Virus record (IMG/VR): IMGVR_UViG_3300032225_001614
Location: 1 to 63,971 of that record
DNA length: 63,971 nt
Strand: one strand, 5' to 3'
DNA from: a virus
Lineage: Duplodnaviria > Caudoviricetes
Shown here piece after piece: positions 1-9,354 of this stretch; the stretch's first letter is position 1; each line of letters opens with the position of its first letter. The notes beneath the pieces are model-generated. The model ran no database searches. It was given only the letters and a program-made list of their open reading frames with translations, and was not told where the DNA came from. Made by a program: the position numbers and the translations under genes.

Positions 1-109
1 CGCTGCTTGGGTTTCGTGGGTTTCGGGCATTGGTTAGCTTGGTGTTTTGTTTGTTCCTTGCCGTTGGTTGGTTGGGTTGGTTTTTGTTTGATTTTGTTTT
101 GATTATGGG

Positions 110-123
110 GGGATCTTAAGGGG
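110..123. repeat. 14-bp inverted repeat arm (GGGATCTTAAGGGG), partner at 63958-63971
   Basis: Exact reverse complement of CCCCTTAAGATCCC at the window end; imperfect extension to ~132 / ~63947. Confidence 0.85.
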
Positions 124-158
124 ATCTAAGGGCGGAAGAAGGTAAAAATAATTAAAAA

Positions 159-199
159 TTTGGTACCAATAATTTATTTATACTATATTTGTGGTACCA
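159..199 (+). promoter_or_regulatory. Bacteroidota sigma promoter (TTTG 159-162, TATATTTG 184-191) with two TGGTACCA palindromes (161-168, 192-199)
   Basis: Consensus -33/-7 elements 21 nt apart; palindromes overlap -33 and the predicted start site upstream of an HTH gene. Confidence 0.7.
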
Positions 200-214
200 A
201 AAAATTATATACTT

Positions 215-475
215 ATGTCAAGAGAAATTTTGTACAAAAAAACAACAGAAAAAGAAAGCGATTTAACAAATGAAAAGTCAAAAACAAACAATGCTACAGA
301 GCAGGGTTTAGTAGAATGGATTAGAAGCCATGAATTACTTAATATTTCGGCACTTTGTAAGCAAGCAGGTATAAATAGGTCAAACTTTGATAAAAGCCTA
401 AGGATGGGGCTTATTTCGCCAAAGCATGAACCTATATTAATTAAAATATTAAAAAACTATGGTTATGGAAAGTAA
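215..475 (+). CDS. XRE-like helix-turn-helix DNA-binding protein
   Basis: LNISALCKQAGINRSNFDKSL HTH pattern; ATG 215 preferred because GTG 191 lies in the promoter. Confidence 0.6.
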   Translation: MSREILYKKTTEKESDLTNEKSKTNNATEQGLVEWIRSHELLNISALCKQAGINRSNFDKSLRMGLISPKHEPILIKILKNYGYGK

Positions 476-923
476 TTTTTTAGAAAAAGACTTAGAAGAT
501 ATTATTTTTGAAAATAAAGATAAAATACATGAAAGGGGATTGCCTATACTTTATGAGGAACTAGAAAGGCAATATCAAGTTAATGGAAAATATATTGATT
601 TGTTTAACTATGAATGTGGAGATGATAATTCAATAAATTTTACAATTTTTGAATTAAAAAAGGGTAGAATAGATTTTAATGCATATACTCAAATTGTTAA
701 TTATTTTTTTGACCAATGTCTTTTTACTAAAAAACATAAAAATATTTTCAAAGTAAATCTTATTTTAATAGGTAGTTCTTTTGATGAAAGCGTCCTTTTG
801 TCTTGTATCCTAAGCGATATAATAGATATTTATATTTATAAATATGATTATGATGGAATAAGATTTGAAAGAGTTTCTAAAGGATATACTGAATTTATGG
901 GAATAATTACAGAAAATAAGTAA
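459..923 (+). CDS. PD-(D/E)XK nuclease, NucS/DUF91-like C-terminal domain
   Basis: LEKDLEDII...RQY...IDL...IFELKKG...QIVNY motif order. Confidence 0.65.
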   Translation: MVMESNFLEKDLEDIIFENKDKIHERGLPILYEELERQYQVNGKYIDLFNYECGDDNSINFTIFELKKGRIDFNAYTQIVNYFFDQCLFTKKHKNIFKVNLILIGSSFDESVLLSCILSDIIDIYIYKYDYDGIRFERVSKGYTEFMGIITENK

Positions 924-1024
924 ATTGCGCAAATGAAAGAAATATGCACCATACATAATTTATTATTAACAGATGGAGTTTGTATAAAGTGTATGGATAA
1001 TCAAAATTTTCGTAAATTAGCAGC

Positions 1025-1180
1025 ATGAAAAGTAAACTTAAAATGATGAAACGAGCTGATGGTTCGTATTCAAGACATGGACTTTGGGATTCAATTAGAG
1101 AAAATAAAGGCTCTGGTAAAAAACCTACTGCATCTATGTTGAAACAAGAGAAAAAAATTAAGGCACAAGAAAAAATGTAA
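1025..1180 (+). CDS. Small basic phage protein (51 aa, not in ORF track)
   Basis: MKSKLKMMKRADGSYSRHGLWDSIRENKGSGKKPTASMLKQEKKIKAQEKM; ends 4 nt before the next ORF. Confidence 0.7.
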   Translation: MKSKLKMMKRADGSYSRHGLWDSIRENKGSGKKPTASMLKQEKKIKAQEKM

Positions 1181-1184
1181 TTAT

Positions 1185-1469
1185 ATGTCAGAAGCTTGGG
1201 AAAGAAAAGAAGGCAAAAATCCTGCAGGTGGATTAAACCAAAAAGGTCGTGATTCATATAATCATGCTCATGGTGGTCATTTAAAGGCTCCTGTTAAAAG
1301 CGGAGTTAATCCTCGTAGAGTTTCTTTTGCTGCTAGATTTGCAGGTATGATGGGTTCTATGAAGAAGCCTAATGGAGAGCCAACTAGAAAAGCCTTAGCA
1401 TTAAAAGCCTGGGGTTTTGGAAGTATAGAAGCTGCTCGTAACTTTGCTAATGCTCATAAAAAATCATAA
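1185..1469 (+). CDS. DUF6321-like small basic phage protein
   Basis: AWERKEGKNPAGGLNQKGR...RRVSFAARF...PTRKALALKAW pattern recalled from aquatic phages. Confidence 0.7.
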   Translation: MSEAWERKEGKNPAGGLNQKGRDSYNHAHGGHLKAPVKSGVNPRRVSFAARFAGMMGSMKKPNGEPTRKALALKAWGFGSIEAARNFANAHKKS

Positions 1470-1793
1470 ATCTTTTATAATATTTGGTTCATTTGTTAAG
1501 TCAATTATATCTAATAAACTTTTTTGCTTAGTTTTATTTACAATTAATTGATAAGAAAATAATCCATCTCCCATATATTTTTTGTTTACAGTATGGGAGC
1601 CAAATGATGGTTTCCGCAGATGGCGCAATTGCGCGGAAATTGACGCAGGAGGTTCTTTTATTTGACTAGATATTTGGTCAAGAGTCCTAAATACTCCATC
1701 TTCCATTAAATTAAATATCTTTGTTTTTTGGTCTGACAACCTATTATAATCTCTTTCTTCGATATAATCGCTGCCCTTAAATTGGTTCTTCAT
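1464..1793 (-). CDS. Winged-helix DNA-binding protein
   Basis: RTLDQIS...PASISAQLRHLRKPSFG...Y pattern. Confidence 0.55.
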   Translation of the reverse strand: MKNQFKGSDYIEERDYNRLSDQKTKIFNLMEDGVFRTLDQISSQIKEPPASISAQLRHLRKPSFGSHTVNKKYMGDGLFSYQLIVNKTKQKSLLDIIDLTNEPNIIKDL

Positions 1794-2016
1794 TTGTTTC
1801 TGGATTTAAGATTAATCTACCTGCATCTGTTATTGGTCTAGCAAATATTCTAACTTTCTTGCCTGTTGTTGGGCATTGAAACGTAACTCCGCCATCCATA
1901 ATTGGTGTTACTTTTATTTCCATAAAACCTTCTGGGTTATCGGTCGCAGCAATTACATGAACATCATCATTATCAAATTGCATACAAAAATCGCATCCTT
2001 CAAAATCATTTATCAT
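1777..2016 (-). CDS. Hypothetical protein
   Basis: ORF tightly packed in the minus-strand operon. Confidence 0.6.
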   Translation of the reverse strand: MINDFEGCDFCMQFDNDDVHVIAATDNPEGFMEIKVTPIMDGGVTFQCPTTGKKVRIFARPITDAGRLILNPETNEEPI

Positions 2017-2022
2017 AAATAT

Positions 2023-2376
2023 TTAATTTTTAATTTCATTAATATCAACTATTTTAACATCTTCACCATTTAACATTGCATCTATTGTTAATTCTATTAT
2101 ATCCCTTTGTTCTGGATTTAACAATGCAACCTTTTCCACTATAGCTGGAACGGCAAAAACATCACTACGAATTTCTTTTTTAATTCCATCCCTAACTTCT
2201 TTAGTAAGAAATGGATGCGAAGAAATGTCTGTAAAAATCCAATCTATTTTTCTGCTATATAACTTAAACAATTTAGATCCTTGAGATTCTGGAAACTCTC
2301 TAATAAAATCTTCAAATTGCTCTTGTGCCATTTTTAAATTCTGAATAGCACTAACAATATTTGCTCCTTTAGCCAT
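2023..2376 (-). CDS. Hypothetical protein
   Basis: 117-aa ORF coupled to its neighbours. Confidence 0.7.
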   Translation of the reverse strand: MAKGANIVSAIQNLKMAQEQFEDFIREFPESQGSKLFKLYSRKIDWIFTDISSHPFLTKEVRDGIKKEIRSDVFAVPAIVEKVALLNPEQRDIIELTIDAMLNGEDVKIVDINEIKN

Positions 2377-3109
2377 TATTAAAATTTAAATGTGTTGATT
2401 CTATTTCGTGTAAAAAATCTCTTGCAGATAAAACTTTTTGCTGAATCCTTAATATATCATCTTCATTTCTTGGAACGTGAAACATTAAAACTCTTTCAGC
2501 AATATCTATATCATCAAATTTCATATTAAACTCTATGTTTATTGCTGCTTTTAAAAACTCTGGACTATCTTCTGAAATTACATCCATTTTTTTAAGAAGG
2601 TAATACTTTTCTTGCTCTACAATACTATCAGGTGTACTAACTAAGCAATAAGCAATAGTAGCTCTCTTTGCTCCTGTAAGCCACATATAAGACTGCATTT
2701 GCCAATAGTATAAACTATCCAACTTATCAGGCATATTGCCTAGAAATGTCCATAAATCATAACTAGACTTAATATCAATGATAGCAACTCCATCTGAAGT
2801 AGTTTCAATAATATCTGGATGCCCGGTAATGTAATCATTGGAAAATCTTTCTTCATTTTTCTGAAAATCTCTATTAAGGTATTTAGATAACAAATTAATT
2901 GAATCCTGTTCAGCGTCTATTCCTTTCTTCATTTGCTTGGTTTGTATATCTCTTTTACGACCATACCTTTCTGATATATAAACATCTAAAAGATATTTTT
3001 GCGTTGTCTTAGATAACCTACCAGCATCTTTGTCTGCTTTTGATTGTGGATCTGTCATTAAATACCCAACAGAACTAGCTCTTATTAAGGTTTCAGAAAA
3101 ATTAATCAT
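2369..3109 (-). CDS. YqaJ/lambda-Exo-like recombination exonuclease
   Basis: RASS...KGIDAE...GHPDII...IDIKSS...YYWQMQSYMWLTG motifs. Confidence 0.85.
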   Translation of the reverse strand: MINFSETLIRASSVGYLMTDPQSKADKDAGRLSKTTQKYLLDVYISERYGRKRDIQTKQMKKGIDAEQDSINLLSKYLNRDFQKNEERFSNDYITGHPDIIETTSDGVAIIDIKSSYDLWTFLGNMPDKLDSLYYWQMQSYMWLTGAKRATIAYCLVSTPDSIVEQEKYYLLKKMDVISEDSPEFLKAAINIEFNMKFDDIDIAERVLMFHVPRNEDDILRIQQKVLSARDFLHEIESTHLNFNNG

Positions 3110-3110
3110 C

Positions 3111-3485
3111 TTATTTATTTTTAAGTTTTAGCAATTTATTATTGTAATATTCCTTTAATTCAGAACTATTTTTAGACATCAATTCCCATGCCTTTAAATC
3201 TTCTATTGTTTTACACTCGTCTATAAATTGCTTTGTTTTTTCTGCAAGTGTTTGTGGAGATTGTGTTTTAATAACATTAGAAACTGGATATTCTACTAAA
3301 TGTTCGTAATCAGGAGAGATGGTAACCAAATGTCTTTTATGGTACTCTTCTACTAATTCTTTAGCAATATCTAAAGCTTTATCTGCTGATTCTCCTTGAT
3401 GAAGAACTAATTCTACTCCTATTTTTTCTGAAGTATAATTTCCTAAATTAAATGTTTTTTGATAATTAACTTTTTCTATGTGCAT
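3111..3485 (-). CDS. Hypothetical protein (recombination module)
   Basis: ORF with TFNLGNYTSEKI motif, adjacent to the exonuclease. Confidence 0.7.
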   Translation of the reverse strand: MHIEKVNYQKTFNLGNYTSEKIGVELVLHQGESADKALDIAKELVEEYHKRHLVTISPDYEHLVEYPVSNVIKTQSPQTLAEKTKQFIDECKTIEDLKAWELMSKNSSELKEYYNNKLLKLKNK

Positions 3486-3490
3486 AGTGT

Positions 3491-3688
3491 TTATTTTATT
3501 CTACTAACAAATGTTTTTCCGTCAACGTATTTAATTTTAAAAATCTTTTCAGCATGGTCTTTTTTCTTTTTTAATAAGGAAACCATAACCATTACTGAAG
3601 TATATGGATTTTCAAAAGTTAATGTTTGATTTACATCGATTCTAGCAACTCTTGATGATACTGAATCTGGAGATGATTGTCTTGCCAT
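3491..3688 (-). CDS. Small basic protein, possibly DNA-binding
   Basis: 65-aa ORF, first gene after a TAACTTTG element (3705-3712, minus strand). Confidence 0.6.
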   Translation of the reverse strand: MARQSSPDSVSSRVARIDVNQTLTFENPYTSVMVMVSLLKKKKDHAEKIFKIKYVDGKTFVSRIK

Positions 3689-3763
3689 TTTTTTTAATTT
3701 TAATCAAAGTTAATTAATTAATTTAATTAAAAAAATAAATTTAATTAAAACCTACAAAGACGA

Positions 3764-4309
3764 TTACTTCTGTAAAATGAATTTCTTTTTTACTAAGTTT
3801 AGCTTTGATCTATATTCAATAATCAAAGATTTAAGCTCGTCTTTTGTAGGTTTATTAATTTGCCTGGCTAGCTCTTTTAAATATTCAACAACTGCATTGT
3901 TTTCTTCGTGTAATTTCTCTTCAAATACTTCTAGGTTACCCATTTTAAAGTAGTTATCATCCATACTTTGTGGCCTGCAATTTGCTTCTAACCACCTGGT
4001 TCCTAAGTTTGCTCTTGGTATAAAATGACCGCATTGTATCTCAGTCCATTTTAGTTTTTTACCTGATGTATAACACTCTACAATACCTTCCTTATCAGCA
4101 TATTTACATCTTATATATTGGCTAAAAACATAATCTAAATCACTTACTAAATTTTGAAAACTCTCTGCATCTTCTTCAAATTCATCCATTCTTTTGCTTG
4201 TGCTAAATACAATTGCGCATTGTTTACACATCTTTTTTGAAAAATGATAATCAATATTTCCGCAATTTACGCAGCGTTTCTTCTTAACAATAATGGTACT
4301 ATTTCTCAT
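3764..4309 (-). CDS. ninG: NinG/Rap-like recombination endonuclease
   Basis: LDYVFSQYIR...CYTSG...QCGHFIPR...TRWLEANCRPQ...N; extra N-terminal Cys4 zinc ribbon. Confidence 0.8.
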   Translation of the reverse strand: MRNSTIIVKKKRCVNCGNIDYHFSKKMCKQCAIVFSTSKRMDEFEEDAESFQNLVSDLDYVFSQYIRCKYADKEGIVECYTSGKKLKWTEIQCGHFIPRANLGTRWLEANCRPQSMDDNYFKMGNLEVFEEKLHEENNAVVEYLKELARQINKPTKDELKSLIIEYRSKLNLVKKKFILQK

Positions 4310-4434
4310 TCAGTTAGTTTATGTAATTCTCCATTAATAAATTTAAACTTTCCAATATAAATATCATCTCTCCATACTTCTATTACCATATCTAATCTCT
4401 TCGCCATTTCATAAACCATTTCTCTATTTTCCAT
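4306..4434 (-). CDS. Small hypothetical protein (42 aa, not in ORF track)
   Basis: MENREMVYEMAKRL...; ATGA overlap with ninG; ATG 4 nt after a TATCTTTG element. Confidence 0.55.
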   Translation of the reverse strand: MENREMVYEMAKRLDMVIEVWRDDIYIGKFKFINGELHKLTE

Positions 4435-4438
4435 AAAT

Positions 4439-4533
4439 CAAAGATATAAATTAATTTAATTAAAACAAACTTTTTTATAAAAAAATAAAATTATATTTTT
4501 TTTTGCATTATCAAATATTTGCATTTACATTTG
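4439..4533. promoter_or_regulatory. Divergent promoters: minus TTTG-N19-TATCTTTG (4439-4469), plus TACATTTG (4526-4533)
   Basis: Bacteroidota consensus between divergent operons. Confidence 0.65.
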
Positions 4534-4554
4534 TATTTCATTAAATTAATTATT

Positions 4555-4749
4555 ATGGAAAAAGAACAAGAATTACTTTTTCATCAAAAGGTTAAAATAG
4601 CCTTAGATGGCAGGAAAAACAAATGGCTTGTTGAACGATCTGGAATTCAATCTTCTGAAATTTCAAGAATATTAAATGGAAGATTAATACCTACTGACAG
4701 GCAAATAGAAAAAATTAGAGCCGCATTTCCTTTTAACGTAAATTTCTAA
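4555..4749 (+). CDS. Cro/XRE-family HTH regulator
   Basis: KWLVERSGIQSSEISRILNGRLIPT; ATG 4555 preferred. Confidence 0.8.
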   Translation: MEKEQELLFHQKVKIALDGRKNKWLVERSGIQSSEISRILNGRLIPTDRQIEKIRAAFPFNVNF

Positions 4750-4758
4750 AATTGTCTT

Positions 4759-5499
4759 ATGGCAAGACCTATAAAAAATTATTGTGAATATTTTCCTCAT
4801 GATAGGGATATGAGAAATCATAGGAAAGTAAAAGCTATTAGAACAAAATTTGGTGCAATAGGATATGCTATTTGGTCTATGATATTAGAGTATTTAACAG
4901 GCATTGACGGTAATGAATTTGAATATTCTGATGTAGAATTAGAACTAATGGCAGGTGATTTTGGAGTTTCTGTAGCAGAAATACGGAACGTGATTGATTA
5001 CTGCATCAAACTGGAGATGCTATTTAATAATAATGGTTTTATTAACTCAGAATCACTTGATGAAAGATTAAAACCTGTATATGAAAAAAGAGGTAAAAGT
5101 AAGGATTTATGTAAGAAACAACAACGCAACAACGGTAAATTTATATCCAATAACACCGTATCTATCGGAGTTTCTGCTACAGAAATGCCGCAAAGTAAAG
5201 TAAATAAAAGTAAAGTAAATAAAAAGATAGGTTATAGGGATAATATATTTTTGTCTGAAAAAGAACATGAACAATTAATTGTTGATTTTGGTAAAGAAAA
5301 AGTTGAAAATATTTATAATTTTCTTAATTCTTACAAAATAGAAAAGTCTTATAAAACAAAATCAGATTACCTAACCATAAGAAGATGGGTTGTAGATGCT
5401 GTTTTAAAGCAAAATAAGACCACTTCTATACAAAATGGCAATACTTATCAAGATAAAGTAAGAGAAGCTGCAATTAACTTTAAACCACTACCACAATGA
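4759..5499 (+). CDS. DUF4373/Lin1244-like replication initiator
   Basis: YFPHD...KVKAIRTKFGAIGYAIWSMILEYL N-terminus; SKVNKSKVN linker; located upstream of the helicase. Confidence 0.75.
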   Translation: MARPIKNYCEYFPHDRDMRNHRKVKAIRTKFGAIGYAIWSMILEYLTGIDGNEFEYSDVELELMAGDFGVSVAEIRNVIDYCIKLEMLFNNNGFINSESLDERLKPVYEKRGKSKDLCKKQQRNNGKFISNNTVSIGVSATEMPQSKVNKSKVNKKIGYRDNIFLSEKEHEQLIVDFGKEKVENIYNFLNSYKIEKSYKTKSDYLTIRRWVVDAVLKQNKTTSIQNGNTYQDKVREAAINFKPLPQ

Positions 5500-7358
5500 T
5501 AACAATTTTTAAGAATATCTTTTCAAAGGAGCCGCATTACATAACTGTAGAGGAAGCCTTGAATAGAATTCAAACTGGAAAGAGTAAACAAATAGTTTCT
5601 GAAATAAGAAATACACTCGATAAGGAAAAAGCAAATAAGATTAAGGCGAATCTACCATCTGTTTGTTTTAGTGGTCAATTTGGTTCAGATAGAAAGGATG
5701 AACAATTGATTTTACATAGTGGATTTATTGTTTTGGATTTTGATGATGTTTCTGAATTAAGAGAAAAGCAAACAGAGATAATTTCTAATAAGTTTGTTTA
5801 TGCTTGTTGGATAAGTCCTTCTGGTAAAGGATTGAAAGCTCTTATTAGAATTGCTGATGGTTCAAAACATAGAGAGCATTTCCAGGCATTACAAGAAGTT
5901 TTTCCTGAAATAGATAGAAGTGGCATTAATCCTAGCAGAGTTTGTTATGAAAGCTATGATACTGAAATTTATGTAAATAAAAACGCTGAAATATTCAAAA
6001 AGGTTAAAAAAACTGAAAAAATAGTAACTTATGAAAGAACTGATGATGAACAAAAGATATTTAAAAACATTTTAACTTGGTTATCGAATAAAAATGAAGC
6101 GTTTGTAACAGGAGAGAGAAATAATTTTATTTTTAAGTTAGCATCTGCTTGTTGTAGGTTTGGTATTAATGAATTTTCTGCTAATGCAATGATTAGCAAT
6201 GAGTTTATATCAAATTCAGAGTTCACAAAAAATGAGGCGGATCGCGCGGTAAAATCCGCGTACCGAATAAATGCATCAAGATTTGGTAGTGCATCATTTG
6301 ATAAAGAGATGTTAATTGACAAAGTTACAAGACAAGAATTACAGGTAGATAAGGCTGTTTTTGATGAAGGGATTAAGTTAAAAGATGTTATTTATGGAAT
6401 TGATGTAAAAGAACAAGCATTAAGTATTTATGATAGTGGTTATGCGCAGGTAGATGGAATTGGAGTGCCTGATTTAGATGATAAATTTAAGCCAAAAAGA
6501 GGTGAGATTACAGTTCTTACCGGAATAGGCAATTATGGTAAATCTTCTTTCAAGAAATGGTATCAGGCAATGCGAATTCTTATATATGGAGAAAAATTTG
6601 CTTCTTTTGCTCCTGAAGATAATCCTCCCGAAGAATATTACCACGATTATGTTGAAATTATATTAGGCTGCGATTGTAGTCCATCAAATCCAAATAGACC
6701 ATCAAGACAAGTTTATGAATCAGTATATGATTTAGTATGTAAGCATGTTTTTTATGTTTATCCAAAAGATGTTTCACCTACTCCCCAATATGTTATGGAG
6801 GTATTTTTAGAATTAATTATTAAAGAACATATTGATGGAGTGGATATTGATCCTTTTAATCAAATGACAAATAATTATCAAAACTTTGCAGGCAGAGATA
6901 AGTATCTCGAGTGGGTTTTAACATTGTTTTCTAGGTTTGCTCAAATAAATAATGTTTACTTTTGGATAGTAGCACATCCAGTCAAAATGCAAAAAGGAGC
7001 AGATGGAAATTATCCTTGTCCAGATGTATTTGATTTAAGTGATGGTGCAATGTGGTCAAATAAAATGGATAATATTTTAGTTTATCATAGACCTTTTGCT
7101 CAAACAGATCCACAAAATCCTACTTGTGAATTTCATAGTAAAAAAATTAGAAGGCAAAAAGTAGTTGGTAAAAAAGGTTTTATCATATTTGAAATGCTAT
7201 TCAGAACAAGAAGATTTTTCGTTAATGGTTTAGATCCATTGCAAAAATGTCTTAATGACCAAAATGTAGATTTTAAACAAAAGGCTCCCACCCAACAGGT
7301 TATTGACGCAGGATGGGTTCCTTTTAAAGATGAAAATGGTGAAGAAAATATTTTTTAA
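5496..7358 (+). CDS. Primase-helicase (BT4734/VirE-N-like domain + PriCT-like domain + SF4-type helicase)
   Basis: LPSVCFSG...HSGFIVLDFD...SPSGKGLK; GERNNFIFKLA; Walker A GIGNYGKS; IDPFN; VAHP. Confidence 0.8.
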   Translation: MITIFKNIFSKEPHYITVEEALNRIQTGKSKQIVSEIRNTLDKEKANKIKANLPSVCFSGQFGSDRKDEQLILHSGFIVLDFDDVSELREKQTEIISNKFVYACWISPSGKGLKALIRIADGSKHREHFQALQEVFPEIDRSGINPSRVCYESYDTEIYVNKNAEIFKKVKKTEKIVTYERTDDEQKIFKNILTWLSNKNEAFVTGERNNFIFKLASACCRFGINEFSANAMISNEFISNSEFTKNEADRAVKSAYRINASRFGSASFDKEMLIDKVTRQELQVDKAVFDEGIKLKDVIYGIDVKEQALSIYDSGYAQVDGIGVPDLDDKFKPKRGEITVLTGIGNYGKSSFKKWYQAMRILIYGEKFASFAPEDNPPEEYYHDYVEIILGCDCSPSNPNRPSRQVYESVYDLVCKHVFYVYPKDVSPTPQYVMEVFLELIIKEHIDGVDIDPFNQMTNNYQNFAGRDKYLEWVLTLFSRFAQINNVYFWIVAHPVKMQKGADGNYPCPDVFDLSDGAMWSNKMDNILVYHRPFAQTDPQNPTCEFHSKKIRRQKVVGKKGFIIFEMLFRTRRFFVNGLDPLQKCLNDQNVDFKQKAPTQQVIDAGWVPFKDENGEENIF

Positions 7359-7375
7359 TTATAAAAACAAAACAA

Positions 7376-7726
7376 ATGTTAAAAATTCAAACAATTGCTA
7401 GATTAGGTCAAGACGCTACTTCTAACAACGTAAATGGTAAAAACGTAATTAACTTTTCTGTTGCTCATAGTGAAAAGTTTAAAAACCAACAAGGTGCAGA
7501 AGTGGATAAAACAACTTGGATTTCTTGCGCTTATTGGACAGAAAGGTTAAATTTATTGCCATTTCTTAAAAAAGGTACTTTAGTTTATATTGAAGGAAAA
7601 CCTGAAGCAAAAACTTATTTAAATAATTCAAATACTACTTTACCGCAATTACACGCAAGAATTAGTATATTGCAGTTGTTATCGAGTGGAATAAATAAAA
7701 ACGAAACCGAAGAAACTCCTTTCTAA
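7376..7726 (+). CDS. ssb: Single-stranded DNA-binding protein
   Basis: OB-fold motifs RLGQDA, NFSVA, TTWISC, LKKGTLVYIEG; acidic ETEETPF tail. Confidence 0.9.
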   Translation: MLKIQTIARLGQDATSNNVNGKNVINFSVAHSEKFKNQQGAEVDKTTWISCAYWTERLNLLPFLKKGTLVYIEGKPEAKTYLNNSNTTLPQLHARISILQLLSSGINKNETEETPF

Positions 7727-7957
7727 ATGTATATTCACGAATTAATAAACCCAATAGATGTAGAAACCCCTCTTGGATATGGAAAAGCAATTGCATGGAT
7801 TGATTACGGAAGCCAAGTCAACACTGTTTGGAAAGTCATATTATACGACAGTGGCATCGTACGGAACTTTTACGATGATTCAATCAGAGTGTATGCAAAT
7901 AAAATGGATGGAGGTTCCATACAGATACCTGAAGATTGGATTAAAAGTAAATCATGA
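7727..7957 (+). CDS. Hypothetical protein
   Basis: Translationally coupled ORF. Confidence 0.7.
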   Translation: MYIHELINPIDVETPLGYGKAIAWIDYGSQVNTVWKVILYDSGIVRNFYDDSIRVYANKMDGGSIQIPEDWIKSKS

Positions 7958-8196
7958 AAGCGCAATTACAATTTAACTTAGAAGATTTAGAAGATTTAAA
8001 TGCAATCAAAAGGTGCATACAATCAGATAGTATGGCATTAATTCTTTGGGAATTAGTTCATAATAGTAAGAAAAAATTGGAGTGGGCAATGGAATCTGAT
8101 ACTATTAGTAGGTACGATGCACTAGATATGGTATTTGAAAGAATAAACGATTTGTTAGAAGAGCATGGTATTAATATAGATAAAATAACTTTTTAA
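7954..8196 (+). CDS. Hypothetical protein
   Basis: ATGA-coupled ORF starting MKAQLQFNL. Confidence 0.7.
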   Translation: MKAQLQFNLEDLEDLNAIKRCIQSDSMALILWELVHNSKKKLEWAMESDTISRYDALDMVFERINDLLEEHGINIDKITF

Positions 8197-8207
8197 GTTT
8201 TTTAATT

Positions 8208-9197
8208 ATGCCTAATAACAAAAGATTCTATCCAAAGATTACAATGGCACGCACTTATCGTGACACTCACGGAATGGAAATGCCTACGCTAAAATTGGCT
8301 CGTATTTTATACGCGGAAAATAATTTATTATTTAAAAACGTTGAAGATGCTAGAAGTACATTAAGACAAATAGAAGGCAAAAAAAACAATTTATATAAAG
8401 TTACACACCCATACCCCGAAAGGTCTAAAAACCCATATAATTTACCGGCAAGCGACGAACTCGAATACGAGCCTTTTGAAATTAAGTGTCATAAAAGAAT
8501 CGCTATTTTTTCAGACATACACGTTCCCTATCATAGCATTGATACTATTACAGCCGCGCTTGATTATTGCAAGAAAGAAAAACCAGATGCTTTACTATTA
8601 AATGGCGATACGATAGATTGCCATAAGTTGTCACGATTCATAAAAGATCCGAAAAAAAGAAACTTTGCGTTAGAATTAGACACGTTTCGCGCGTTATTTG
8701 ATGTATTTGAAAAGGAATTAGATTGCAAAATATATTTTAAGATTGGCAATCACGAGGAGCGTTACGAGCATTTTTTGCAAGAAAAAGCGGGTGAACTTAT
8801 CGGTGTGCAAGAATTTGACTTTAATAATATAATAAAAGCGCGTGCGAAAGGTATTGAAATAATAGGCGACAAACGACCTATGAAATTTGGCAACTTGTGG
8901 GGAATACATGGACACGAATACATCGGTGGCATCACTGCGCCTGTGAACCCAGCGCGTGGCTTGTTTTTAAAATCTAAAGTTTCGTGTTTTCAAGGCCACA
9001 ATCACCAATCGTCAGAACACACTGAACCAACGTTATCGGGCAAAATGGTCACAACCTGGTCATTGGGTTGTATGTCTGAATTGCACCCAGCGTATATGCC
9101 GTTAAATCGCTGGAATCATGGATTTGCGATGATTGACATTGACGGCGATGACTTTGAGTTTAGAAACAAAAGAATATTTAAGGGTAAAATAGTGTAA
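8208..9197 (+). CDS. Calcineurin-like metallophosphoesterase
   Basis: DIH, GDTID, GNHE, HGH and GHNH metal-binding motifs. Confidence 0.9.
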   Translation: MPNNKRFYPKITMARTYRDTHGMEMPTLKLARILYAENNLLFKNVEDARSTLRQIEGKKNNLYKVTHPYPERSKNPYNLPASDELEYEPFEIKCHKRIAIFSDIHVPYHSIDTITAALDYCKKEKPDALLLNGDTIDCHKLSRFIKDPKKRNFALELDTFRALFDVFEKELDCKIYFKIGNHEERYEHFLQEKAGELIGVQEFDFNNIIKARAKGIEIIGDKRPMKFGNLWGIHGHEYIGGITAPVNPARGLFLKSKVSCFQGHNHQSSEHTEPTLSGKMVTTWSLGCMSELHPAYMPLNRWNHGFAMIDIDGDDFEFRNKRIFKGKIV

Positions 9198-9201
9198 TAA
9201 T

Positions 9202-9354
9202 ATGTTGCCCGATGATTTTTTGTTGTTAAGTGAAGAAAAAAAATTGGAATTTGCAATTCGCGAAATGAATAGAATGTACGAAATTTACGAGTATTGGAAA
9301 CAAATTGCTCAAAATCAAAGACAAATCATTGAAACAAGAAGAAGAAGGATTTGA
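9202..9354 (+). CDS. Small hypothetical protein (50 aa, not in ORF track)
   Basis: MLPDDFLLLSEEKKLEFAIREMNRMYEIYEYWKQ...; starts 4 nt after the upstream stop. Confidence 0.5.
   Translation: MLPDDFLLLSEEKKLEFAIREMNRMYEIYEYWKQIAQNQRQIIETRRRRI

Noticed and set aside
907-1257. 116-aa minus-strand ORF
   Set aside because: Antisense to two better-supported plus-strand genes (1025-1180, 1185-1469).
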